Source of the DNA: Octopus vulgaris
Lineage: Eukaryota
Length of the DNA stretch: 64,000 bases
Direction: 5' to 3'
NCBI GenBank assembly: GCA_951406725.2
Contig: OX597828.1
Coordinates: 59,458,001-59,522,000, forward strand
Position numbers and translations under genes: made by a program. Below, in pieces: positions 13,940-25,956 of this stretch (position 1 is its first letter; each line of letters begins with the position of its first letter). The notes under the pieces were generated by a model. It saw only the letters and a list, made by a program, of their open reading frames with translations, was not told where the DNA came from and ran no database searches.

Positions 13940-14600
13940 GAGTTAAACGCGTGTTATTCACATTCTTTTACTTCCGACACATGTTTCGAAGATATCACTG
14001 GTATTTTTCCAAAGGAATAAAATGGTGTAAAACAATGTAATTTTCTCTTCAGGGAAATGAAGAAATGAAACTCGTCAATAAGACATTTTGACAGAAAGAA
14101 AAACTAACTAAATGAGAGGTATATAACTATATGTATATTAAATAAAGCCATATAGACTTGGAAAAAGTCAATATGAATGTGAAATGTAAGAAGAAAATTA
14201 ATATTTAAATTATATAGAATGATAGATATCACTTATATGAACTAAAGGTGTGTTTCTGCCAATGTTTACATCGGTATGCACGCTCTATAACTGTGTTTAC
14301 AAGGGGATTTGTAGAAAAAAGAATAAAAAATAGTTCACTATCACAGAAAAGACAGACAGAATTCCTTGCCTTTATCATAAGGTATCGAGATTGAGAGAAT
14401 TAACCAATCTAAATTAAAATATTTATTGTGGTCTTTTAGATCCCAAATTATGGGGTCAGGCGATGCTCTAGACCCATTGACCAATTCAGTTTCTATTTTT
14501 TCCATATGCGTGTCCATGGTGTGGAACGTATTCATGATTTCTTTGATTTTCTTCCCAATTCGGTTATCTGTCCTGTAAAAAGATTGTGAAGCTAATTTTT
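13940..14600 (-). mobile_element. Penelope-like element remnant (GIY-YIG C-terminal region plus pLTR)
   Basis: Minus-strand IIWDLKDHNKYFNLDWLIL...PYDKGKEFC...RCKH resembles Penelope endonuclease C-termini. A hammerhead core lies downstream. Confidence 0.7.
13970..14058 (-). ncRNA. Type I hammerhead ribozyme (Penelope pLTR)
   Basis: Minus strand reads ATTTCC-CTGAAGA-G...C-GAAA-C-ATGT-GTC^GGAAGT: full catalytic core, 6-bp stem I (one G-U pair), minimal stem III and a GUC cleavage triplet. Confidence 0.75.
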
Positions 14601-16173
14601 CAGCGATTTTACTGCAAATACTGGCTGTTTCACCATTGTTATGATAAGGGTATCAAACGGTTATTAGAGCACTGATTTCATTTTTTATTCAGTGGCGTTT
14701 CAAAATTTATAAAGTGTAGTCTTTAAATTATTCGATTCGTGCTCTAATTACTAACGGGAGTCGCTCTCTTTAATTTGTGTATTCGAAAGTCCTTATCTTT
14801 TTTGTTTCATAAGGTTCAACCAATGTTTTATGTTCATAAATTTTGATGATCAAATTAATTTTCCCCATTTCCTCGTTGATTATTCTACTTCATATATTCC
14901 ACTGTACTCCATTATTACCGTTTATATTCAACTTTCTCTAAGGAATAGTTGTCATTTTCTTTGATATATTGATAGAAGCAAATAGGATTTACACAAAATA
15001 ATTTTGTTCCACAGTGTAATAAATATATCAAATAAACCAAGATTATTGTCTAACAAATTGGTAAATTGCAAGAATTAGATTAATCGAGATTGCAAGTTGA
15101 ATACATTTCTATCTTTCAATTAAGATTCAAGTGTTCCTTTGGTATTGATAAAGGTCCAAACTGACTATTGGATCTTTCAGAAGAATTCTTAGCCTTATGC
15201 TCAAATTAAAAATCAGGCAGCATCAGTTCGCATTTTGAAAACCATATTTGAAAACGTAATCTTGAGCCTTAGCATTTTTCTCCTACATTAAAATTCGATT
15301 TTCAGCTTCTTTTTGAAATTATAAAAGCCTACTTTTATCCATTCCCAATGTTAGAAAAATAATTTTTTTGTTTACATAAACGACAACTTGAATAAGATTA
15401 GGATCGTACTAAGCTCCCTATTTTCTTGTCAAAGTGTCGGCTAAGATTAATTCACAATTCTTTTGATTTTAGCATTTTCTTTCTTTCTTTATATCTGTCT
15501 AAATACATAAATCTATATTGAGTCATATTGCATATTATGATAATTCAAAATATAGTTTTTACATTCTAAGAAGTTAACTCAACTCTGTATCTGTCATCTT
15601 GAAGTAACTTTTTTAAAAATGTATATATTAAGCGTCATGATTATGTTGTCATGATAAAAGCACATACTGTTTTTCAGAAAAACACGAACCACGAATCGAA
15701 GTGTACAATTCTACGTAATATAAAACGTAGCAATGGTTTAAAGTGACAAGTATTTCTAGAACGGTAGATAAATATAAACATAAATACTTGTTCGATAAAC
15801 TAATATATGCTACCACTTCCCTCTGTGCTCTCTCCAACCTCCCATAAAGATACACAGGGTCATCCCACTAGAGTTGTACTTTGGATTGCAAGCTTACACA
15901 AATCGAGGTGGTTTTTAACTAAAGTCATTATCTCATAGATATTCTCAGTTAATTAATTTTTTTCAGCATATAACATATGTTTATATCTCGTGAGTAGAAC
16001 ACACGTTTGAAAAATTAGTCATATTGTTGTTCTTCACGATCAGCATCACTGCATTCTCTCCCTCAAACCCTCTTCTTCCGATTATCTCCCCTTTTCTGTC
16101 TCTCTGCCTGGCCTCTATCTCTCTCTCTCTCTATCACTTCTTCTCTCTTTCTTTTTCTCTATCTTTATATATA

Positions 16174-17419
16174 CAAGGTGGGAAAGAGAGGACTTTTTTT
16201 TTTAAATTTCACAAAATCATTAATTTTAGCTGCAATGTGTTCATATTGAATTGGAATTTGCCAGATTCATTTCTGAAGGTGTGCTTAAAAGTGGACATCC
16301 ACTTATTCCAGTATTGCTCTGTCGATTTGGGCGACTTCCACGCAACTAGCGTCCTTCAAATTGTACAATGGACGGGTTTTATGCACATACACCCATGCCT
16401 TCAGGTTTCCTCACAAGAAATAATCACACACGGACAAATCAGGTGACTGGGGGAGCCAAGGAATGTCAGCAAACCTGAAAATGAGACGGTTACCGAAGAG
16501 AGGGCGAAGAGCGTTCACTGATGCTCTGGGTGTGTGGACCGTCACCTCATCCTGCTGAAGCCACATACGTCGAATAGGCATACATTTTCGTCGTAATTCA
16601 AGCACAAAGAAATTGTCTATCATCTCGATATAACGCTCAGAGTTCAAAGTAACAGCATTTCCATTATTGTCTTCAAAAAAGTAAGTACCAATGACGGCAG
16701 CTTTTCCAGCAGCACACCAGACCGTCACTTTTAGGCTGTGCAGTGGTCTTTCGTGCAGTTCTCTCGGAGTTTAAAGAGACCAATAACGACAGTTCTGTTC
16801 ATTCACCATGACACTGAGATGAAAATGAGCTTTTTCACTCACTAACAAAATGAGGTTATTTGCCTCAAAAATTCCTTCCATTTAACGCATTGTGCATAAT
16901 CCCATGGTTTCAAATGTTGCCAATGACCCATTTGTACGGGTGGAAATGCAGATCTTCATGAAAAATATGCCTTACCGATCGATTACCAATGCCAAGTTCA
17001 GTGAAATGCCTCCGAGCAATTCGGACTCTGTATCAAAGATTGTCTGACGAGTTCCACATTTCCCGGGGTTCGCACCGTTCGTGCGGCCCCCATCGGTCTC
17101 TTATTCATTAGTGTACCTCGTGTACGAAGTGCATTCACCCAACATGAGATTGTGTTACGGGTAGGAACAGCCTGATTTCGGTGTATGTTGAAGTAGCGCC
17201 GAAACTCACGCTGAATTGCTGAGACAGACTTCTTAATCCTCACGTAACTGTTGTAGGCAAACACGTGATGCTCCATCGTTCACAGCGCTATGACGTTATC
17301 TGAAAAGAAAAAAATGCTATGATAGCACGGACCGAATGGTACCTGTCGGACTTATATCACTCCTCCTGGGGCTGAGTAATAGCCATTTCAAAAACGTTCG
17401 TCCTCTCTGGTCCACTCTG
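16174..17419 (-). mobile_element. Full-length decayed Tc1/mariner-superfamily transposon (maT/DD37D-like)
   Basis: Imperfect TIRs CAAGGTGGGAAAGAGAGGAC / CAGAGTGGACCAGAGAGGAC with TA on both sides. Transposase motifs HFHL..VN.QNCRYW, KVTVWCA, WLQQD and WLPQSPDLSVCDYF. Confidence 0.88.
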
Positions 17420-18566
17420 TATATGTACTGATCCCTATAAGTCTTGCCAACCGAATGGCTGAGGAATTCTAATAGGGGCAAAACAGGAACAATTATTTCA
17501 GCAGTTGGCCTAAAGACAATATATCCTGCATTGTCAATATTTTCCAAATATTTCAGTTCAGAAGTTTTTTTAAATCAGAAATTTCTCAGCTCCAGGAGGA
17601 GGGATATAAGTCCGACAGGTACCATTCGGTCCGTGCTATCATAGCATTTGTTTTTCAGATAAATATTTTTTTACACTTGATCATAGAATTAAAACTCACT
17701 ACCTATAAATTGCATGGATAGACTCGATTAACCTAAGTTTTTCAACTCACTATATTACGTGTGAAAGAGACCCTACAATATCCTAATTTATTATGTAGAT
17801 TGCTCCACTGTGGTATTTCCTTTGAGCTATATTATTCATATTTTCGCTACGGGTATCGATGATATATCGGTATATGATGAATAAATTGCAGTAGGTTCTC
17901 TCACTGCATCTTCTGTACGTAAGCCATAATAAAGAAACTGATATTGCTTGTACATTTGATTAATGATGCGATCAATGATATTAGAACGTACAGAAGATAT
18001 TTAATGTAATGGGTCAAGCATGTTATACAATTGAACCATACTTATCTTACTGACTGCCGACTTATTAACGGTGTCATTGTAAGTTAGGGAAAAGCATTAC
18101 AACCACAATAAGATGTTCATTAAAATGAAAAGGTCGTCAAATTTAGTAACCAGTATCCCGAATTACTGAAGAAAATTATATCAAACCTGGTAGGAAATAA
18201 TGAACACAAGAAGAGAACATTTTGTAACATGGTTTCTTGCACGTCTAAAGTATACACACCTTAGACACATCACCATACTTTAACGTTTGTGGCGAATTCA
18301 AAGTTGTAGAGATGCATATACACAAACCACGCTCGTATATATATCCTTTCGATTTTGCTTTTAGGAGGAGCGTTTTGACAACTATTTTTATTATTATTAT
18401 TTGTCAAAATGTTAACTAACTAACCAATTAAATAATCGAATGTTTGTCTGAGGCTTCCATGAATTAATCTATTGGCTGATCTATCGTCAACATTCGTAAC
18501 GTCGTTTACATATAACGCACTGTCATTACTGCAGGCCAGTCACGCTGTTTGCAATTGATCGATTAT

Positions 18567-18588
18567 GTAACTACTACTACTACTACTT

Positions 18589-18681
<93 letters not shown>

Positions 18682-18728
18682 ATAATAATAATAATAGTAA
18701 CAATAATAACAACGATGACAATAATAAT
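18567..18728. repeat. (ACT)n/(AAT)n microsatellite
   Basis: Direct reading. Confidence 0.97.
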
Positions 18729-19304
18729 GGTGATAGAGCCATTGTATGTGATGTCATTTGCATCATAACCTCAACAAACAACACCCACACATATTTACGA
18801 AGTTTTGTGTATGCATGCGTACGTATTTGTGTTCGTATATGTATACATGTGTGTGTATGCATGTATGTTTGCATATATGTGTGTAATTCCGTGTGTGTGT
18901 GTGTGCGTGTGATCATATGACTTTTATCTCACAGACAGATTTTTATTTCAGTTACATTTTAGTAAATTTTAGTACATTTCACTAAATTCCAGTAACGATT
19001 TTGACATTTCCGATTGAGAAACTGACAGCAGATGTCTAACGATTTATCGTTCAAATCGAAATACAGCATATAATATTGTTTTAAATGCATTGAAATATTT
19101 CTAACTATTTAAAATACATTTTATTTCTATAGCTTTGATAATTCATGTTCAGAAAGTCTTTTTGTTTCTGACAATTACAATTCTATGCCAAAAGTGCTTT
19201 TTTTTCATCCTTTGTTACGTTCAGCTTCTGTTTTGAATTTGCCTCTCGATTTAATATAATATTTCTAACTGTCTCTCTAACTTATTACTTCCATAACAGT
19301 GATG

Positions 19305-19599
19305 TGGAGGCACATGGCCTAGTGGTTAGAGCAGCGGACTCGCGGTCGAGGGATCGCAGGTTCGAATCTCACACCGGGCGATGTGTGTGTTTATGAGCGA
19401 ACACCTAAGCTATATGTGGCTCCGGCAGAAGGTAATGGCGAACTTCTGCTGACTCTTTCACCACAACTTTCTCTCACTCTTTCCTCCTGCATCTTGCAGC
19501 TCACCTGCGACGGACCGGCGTCCCATCCAGGTGGGGAACCTATACGCCAAGGAAACCCGGAAACCGGCCCTTATAAGCCAGGCATGGCTCGAGATGGAA
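19305..19599 (+). mobile_element. tRNA-derived SINE, full length with 13-bp TSD
   Basis: A box TGGCCTAGTGG, B box GGTTCGAATC, and TSD CATAACAGTGATG at 19292-19304 and 19600-19612. Confidence 0.9.
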
Positions 19600-19894
19600 C
19601 ATAACAGTGATGACAACAAAAATACAGTAATTAATATAGATTATAACAATATCGGTGTTATTTGGGGCGGAACAACTGTGCGTAGCTACACGTGCTTTGT
19701 CTGTTCTATGGCATTTAATCTTATTTGCTTCCGCGAGATTTTCATTTATATGTTTGGTAAACAAGATAATTCTCAATGATATATCAAATAAAAGACAGTG
19801 TGTTTCCTAAATTGTGAAAAATTAACATATTAAAGATTCAGAATTCGAATGTTTGTGGGGCTTGTTCTTCGGTTTTAAATTTGCCTATAGCTAA

Positions 19895-20335
19895 AGCGGA
19901 TTGCGTGGCTTCGAAATATAAGAAAAGTCGTATGGATATGAACGAGAGGTTGTGACAGAGAAAACAATTACAAATTATGTGACTTTACCTTAAAAACTGA
20001 CCATACTACTGAAGCAGAATACCCAGGTATGATTATAGTCGACCAAAGAAACAAACAATGTAAGATCATAGACTTTGTAATACCACACAATAGGAGAGTG
20101 TATGCCAATAAAAAGAGAAAAAAAAAAGAGAAGAGGAACACATTGAAAATTAGTCCGAGAGATGACGAAATTGGGGAGACCTAAAATATTCTAGTGGTAA
20201 TTGGTGCACTTGGCACAACATCCAAGCTGCTACCTAAACAACCGTAAGATACTGGAATTAAGTTTCAAGTTGCCAAATCTACAGAAAAGAAAATTTGTAT
20301 TAGTGCAAGAATCCTGAGAAAGATCTTTGTGATTT
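19895..20335 (+). mobile_element. Degenerate R4/Dong-like RLE endonuclease fragment
   Basis: Pieces PGMIIVDQRNKQCKIIDFVIP, ILVVIGALGTTSK and SARILRKIF. Confidence 0.7.
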
Positions 20336-20349
20336 GGAGAAACATGTTA

Positions 20350-20519
20350 AAGCTCGAACCCAGTACGGGACTGGTACTTATTTGTATCGATCGCGAAAGG
20401 AAGAAAGGCAAAGCCGACTTCGGCGGATTTTGAACTCGGAACACGTAAAATTCAGACGAAATGCATTCAGACACTAAGCATTTCGTCCAGCACCGTAACA
20501 GTTCAGCCAGCTCACCTTC

Positions 20520-20520
<1 letters not shown>
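20350..20520 (-). mobile_element. SINE of the GGCGAGCTGGCAGAA family (partial)
   Basis: Reverse complement matches the copies at 23043, 34569 and 56.7-57.2 kb. Confidence 0.75.
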
Positions 20521-20583
<63 letters not shown>

Positions 20584-20586
20584 TGT

Positions 20587-20958
20587 TGAGCGAAGCGGTC
20601 TTCGTCCCAGAGCTCGCAAGATGGGAGAAGTCCGAAACGTGGTCCTTTGCTGTTCGTAAGACCCGCAGAAGAGAAAGCAGGTCAACCCCTGACACAGATG
20701 GCATCGACGGATGGATGAATGCGCATCCAGGCTCAGCGGTTGCGTAGGAAGTCTGGGACAAGAAACAGGAAGAAAGAGTGAGAGAAAGTTGGGGCGAAAG
20801 AGTACAACAGGGGTCGCCACCACCCGCTGCCGGAGCCTCGTGGAGCTTTAGGTGTCTTTCGCTCAGTAAACACACACAACGCCCGGTCTGGGAATCGAGA
20901 CCGCGATCTTCCGACCGCGAGTTCGCTGCCCTAACCATTGGGCCATTGCGCCTCCACT
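20587..20958 (-). mobile_element. tRNA-derived SINE with the same head as 19305-19599 but a different tail, inside a (CTG/CTA)n array
   Basis: Minus strand begins GTGGAGGCGCAATGGCCCAATGGTTAGGGCAGCG...CTCGATTCCC and aligns with the 19305 copy for about 170-180 bp. Confidence 0.85.
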
Positions 20959-21359
20959 GCTGCTACTGCTTCTGCTGCTACTGCTGCTGCTGCTGCCACT
21001 ACTACTACTACTACTACTACTACTAATAATAATAATAATAATAATAACAATAACAATGATTCTTTCTACTAAAGGCACAAGGATGAAAGACAAAGTACTT
21101 TAAAAGATATATACCGACAGAATTAATAAGTATAAAGTAAATAGGCTAATATATATTATAAGATGATTAGAACAGAATTTTACTGAGTTCATATGCTTCT
21201 TAACATTCAGATACGTCTTAGTTATCTAAAACAAAAGAAAGTTTAATTGTTGTTACATATATTCTTCTTGTTCTGAGTTTGAAAGACAAGTTGACGACAA
21301 ACAAACAAAGGATGTGCTTGAAATGAAAAGTGCTTGTAAGACAAAAATGACTCGTGGTG

Positions 21360-21390
<31 letters not shown>

Positions 21391-21668
21391 ATCTTAAAAA
21401 TAAAAACAACACAAATCTTGCAATTACAGCTACCCAGTGTTTCATGGACGAATTAATTATTTATTCTGTCATTTATCAGGCTGAAAACAAGACAGATTAT
21501 CAAACCGTCTTGTTTTTTAGCTCGATAAATGGCGGAATAAATTATTATTTCGGCCAGAAAACTCCGAGTAGCTGTAGTTACAACATTTATGGAGTTCATT
21601 TTAAGATTATCTTTATTCGCTTAGCTGATTGAGTGATTTTCTGCTTGTCACAGCATTACCACATAATA

Positions 21669-21681
21669 TCTATATGTATGC

Positions 21682-21750
<69 letters not shown>

Positions 21751-22600
21751 TCAAGATGTGTGTGTGTATGTGCCTGCTTTATATGAGTTTCCACATTTTT
21801 CATCCGATTTTGGCCAATAATTTTTTTAATGCCAAATTTACCCAGCCAGGTCACTGCCGCATTACCGATGCCTAGAGAAACCCCCTTCAAGGAGAAAAAT
21901 CGATAAAACTGAAGGGATTCCCACATTTTGCAAACAAACGCGAAAGTTGCACGCGAGAAAAGCTTTTACAGGGACTTCCGATTTTTATAATGTTGGTGTC
22001 AAAAGGACCGTTATTTTGCGACATTTCATACAAATATTTTGGCACTACCTTGGAGCCTTTGATTCTCAAGACAATTGCGAAAAACTTTGAAAAAATCGAT
22101 TTTCCACATTTTTGCAAAGTTACACGGTAGAAAACTATTTACTGGAAATTCTAATTCCTTTGGTTTTTACGGCTAAAAAAACACCATGCAACAGCGGTTC
22201 TATCAAGTATCTGTTCTATGTCCAAAGGCAATCCCAGCGCAACAAAAAACAGTGAAAAACTGAAAAAGTCGATTTTTTTCAAGGTTTGCATCTTGAGAAC
22301 GGCTAGGTTCCATCATATTATATTTGGAAAAAAATCACGCATTTGGGAATCAAGGAAACAAGAACAACCTGTCGAAGGACAGTCAAACATAAATCTTCCT
22401 CGAACCCTTGGATGAGTTTACGCAGTTCGCCCTAACCAACAGAAATGTTTTTCCCTTCGCCAATTGCTGCATGAGGACACGGGATTGACATCTTTCGACG
22501 ACCTGAAAAGCTTCAACGGTGAAGATTTTGATACATACAACAATTTCAACAACGGACAGTCTCGGAGAGAAAGCCTTCAACTTGAAACAAAAATCCAAAA
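21669..22600 (+). mobile_element. Helitron fragment with RepHel remnant
   Basis: A|TCTATAT start with a (TA)n/(TG)n subterminal region. About 22400-22525 translates (one frameshift) TLG*VYAVRPNQQKCF/LRQLLHEDTGLTSFDDLKSFNG, matching the Helitron GR.Y.V.P...E.F.LR.LL....GPTSF.DL.T.NG motif. Confidence 0.75.
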
Positions 22601-22789
22601 CCGTGGTCAAAAATGACTAAACTCAGAACTCAAACAAACGATTTGTTAGTCTGCAACACCAACGTCCTCTCAACGATTAGACAGCGATGGTTTTTAAAAT
22701 GAGAATATCCGAAATAAACTCGACCTACTCTCACAAACGAGAATACTAAAAATGAACGTGATCGCTCTCAAAAATTAAGTAAAAGAGTA

Positions 22790-22976
22790 GGAAAAAATAA
22801 TCCATAATCCAATCCTTATCCAGTACCGTATCGATCACAAAATCTAATCAGTTCGTTCCAGTGACGAGGTCAAACAGCCCTGAAGGTTTCATCTGAATTC
22901 ATCCAGCGGACAAACAACCACTCAAACAAACTCGACTGAAAAAAATACCTGCGCGTTCGCTAAGGCGAAGGTAATA
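22790..22976 (+). mobile_element. Helentron-associated non-autonomous element (HINE/DINE-like) 3' part
   Basis: CAAAATCTAATCAGTTC...ACAAAC repeats and a terminal ATACCT...GGCGAAGGTAAT hairpin-like end typical of these elements. Confidence 0.55.
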
Positions 22977-23042
22977 AGTGACATAAGCTTATGCAGTATC
23001 TCAACTATACTTAAGTGAAAGCGATATGTAAGATAGTTTGTA

Positions 23043-23277
23043 AGGTGGCGAGCTGGCAGAATTGTTTGCATGCCGGGCAAAAGGCATAGCAGCATTTCGT
23101 CCGTCTTTACGTTATGGGTTCAAATTCCGTCGAGGTCGTTACATTTCATCCCTTTCGTGGTCGAGGAAATAAGTTCTAACTGATCGCTGGTGTTGATGCA
23201 ATCGTCTTATCTCCCCCTCACCGTAATTTTGGGCTTTGTGCCAAAATTTGAAACCATGTTAGAGAGTTATACAGAGG
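23043..23277 (+). mobile_element. SINE of the GGCGAGCTGGCAGAA family, TGTGCCAAAATTTGAAACC tail
   Basis: Head GGTGGCGAGCTGGCAGAA and B-box-like GGTTCAAATTCC; similar to other copies in the window. Confidence 0.8.
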
Positions 23278-23438
23278 AGTTCATCTTTCTCCATTTAGAT
23301 TTAAGGCAAATTCGAAAGATCTTAAAGATTTTATGAAGATAGTAATGTGAATGCTTCGTGGTGTTAATAATAGTGTTGGGATAAGTGATAGTATTTGTAT
23401 ACATGTTTTGAAACATAACTAACAAAGAGCACTTTGGC

Positions 23439-23439
<1 letters not shown>

Positions 23440-23510
<71 letters not shown>
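23440..23510. repeat. (TATC)n array, 5' flank of Tx1 copy B
   Basis: Perfect array abutting the element start. Confidence 0.98.
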
Positions 23511-23511
<1 letters not shown>

Positions 23512-24062
23512 GACTGACGTGTTGTCACATCGGCTCCGAAGGTAATCGTTTATTTTCACTATTTATAGCCCACATTTTGTGTACATTTTTGTAAATAAGG
23601 TGTATAAAGCACCCAACTTTCGTTTGAGTGCTTTTCCAAGGGAGGAATTCGCCCCTAGGGGCAGTTTCAACCCTAATTAAATTGTATATTTTTCTTCTCG
23701 ACATTAAAAAATGTTGAGAAATTTTATTGTCGAACGCTGGTCAAATTCCTTCATGGACCAGCATTTCGCTAGCCTTGAAACGCTAGGAGAAAAAAAGAAC
23801 ACCTGCACGCACACACATTCGAATAGAAAAGACATGACCAGCAAGACATCAAAGACAAACCTGAGTGACGTGGAAGTGAACGCTGCAACCATTTTCGTTA
23901 ACAGCCCTGTCACCACCACCACCACCAACGACAACAACAACGAGACTACCACTGCTACCACCACCACCAACATAAATGATAAAAATGGAACTGACGCAAA
24001 CACCATTAACAACAACAACAAGAATAACAACAACAAAAATGAAATAAATATTTTATCATCCA

Positions 24063-24591
24063 CTAGCAGTATCGCCCGGCGTTGCTCGGGTTTGTAAGGG
24101 AAATAACTATATAAGCATTTTTAGAGAGTTATAGCAAAAAAATGCATTAAAAATGGAATAAAAAATGATGATAATTTTTTTTTAAATCGTTGACTCAGTG
24201 TCTTCAAGCCATGAAGTCGTTTTTCTAAAAGAACGCTGGTCTCCTTGACAACGCTTTACGACGTTGATTTCCTTACACTCCCTTCCCCACAGCTTCACGA
24301 GGGAGGGAAGAGGGGGGAGAAGCAAACAGGTGCAGGCGTGAGCGTGGACGCCAACTCCGCCGCCATCGACACGAAAAAATGTGCATTAAAATGGAATAAA
24401 AAATGATGTTAAATTATTTTTAAAATCGTAGACTCATCGTAGACGCGCGCTAATACTCAGACGGGCTCGATATGAATCACGACTATAAGATACCCGAATT
24501 TGGTTAAACTGCACCGCAAAATGTGGGAGTAGTTAGGAATCTAAATCGAAGGGGACAGACACTCACACAACTACAGTTTTATATATATAGA
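24063..24591 (-). mobile_element. Non-autonomous Helitron inserted in ORF1 of Tx1 copy B
   Basis: Minus strand starts A|TCTATATATATAAAA and ends with a GC hairpin (CCCGAGCAACGCCGGG) then CTAG|T. It is inserted between A and T without a TSD and is absent from copy A at about 3640. Confidence 0.88.
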
Positions 24592-25956
24592 TTAGCGAAA
24601 ATAATTTTAACATAACAGAAACAGCAGTACCTGAAAAGCCACGTCCAAGAATATTTCGGATACAACAACAACAAAAACACACAACGACAACAACTGCCAG
24701 AATAGAACAGTGAATTTCGCTGACACCCTGCGTCAGAAAAAAGAAATAATAAAATTTACAAATAAAGAGTTGATAGAAACGAGAGCACTCTTTTCAACAT
24801 CAGGGCAGGATTTAGTATTGCATACACCTCAACACATAAAGGAACAAGTAGAAAAGAAAACGATTATTTATAAAATTATTAAAAAAAACCAAAAAACAAA
24901 ATGAACAGAAAACAAAAACGGACATAGAAAAGTGCGCAAAAAACATCATGAAAAAAAAGAATATATAAACTGGGGTCCCCAGATTAATACAATGGTGGTC
25001 TGCTTCCCTAACCAGGAAGTGGCAAAAGCTCACTCTACGGAGACTTTACAAAATGATGAAATCATCATGATTCCGTATTACAAAGGACAAAAAGTGAGCA
25101 AAATTAGAATTAAAAATGTCCAAACAGATATACTACCCAAATGGATAACATCGGCGATATGTTACCATTTAAAAACGATAAATATATTAGAAATCGCCGT
25201 GTACAAAAATGACAATTGGGGTGGTAAATCGATAGATGTTACCTTCGAGATTGATGGGTCCTCTATCGAGAACCTACCTGATTGGATTCATTTAGAAAAT
25301 GGGCAAAGCCTATATGTTGTAGCAGAAGGCAAAAAACCAAAATGCTACAACTGTGGCAGCCCAGAACACTTAATTGCAAAGTGCGTTCTAGGAGAGAAAA
25401 AACAACAAGAAAGAACAAATCAGAAAACAAATAAAAACCCTTGTTACCAACACTAACACCAACACCACACTCAATTATGGAACAATGCCAAGAAAAACAA
25501 CAAACCAGCAAACAAACCCCAACAACATCACCAAGATAAGAAACAGCACCAACATCCCCTTAGACAATCAAAAAATCAATGACCCCGTATAACCACACAC
25601 ACAACTAACAGCAATAGACACAGAGAATAAAAAACTAATGGATTACATTACATCCAACACGAACATCTGTGAAGATGACTTTAAGACAAATAATCATCCG
25701 CGCAATACACCACCGAAACACATAAGAATTGTACACATAACATAAACACAACACCATACACTGAAAACCATATTTCCAAATGCGGTAGGTGGGGTTTCAA
25801 AGATGCCTATCAAAAAAACTATTTAAACACCTCCACAAAGACACTACAAAAGAAGAAGAAAAAACTGAAACTTTCGAAATGAGTAAGTAACCTTCCCTCT
25901 TGCCTCTTGTCTCTTCCAATGTAGTGTGTGAAACACAAATTTCTTAAACGTCAATT

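Noticed and set aside
17908-17999. miRNA-like hairpin (ATCTTCTGTACGT...ACGTACAGAAGAT)
   Set aside because: Only 13 bp pair, and the interior does not form an extended stem.
19305-19385. Functional tRNA gene
   Set aside because: The tRNA-like head continues into a SINE body with a TSD, and there is no clean acceptor stem or terminator.
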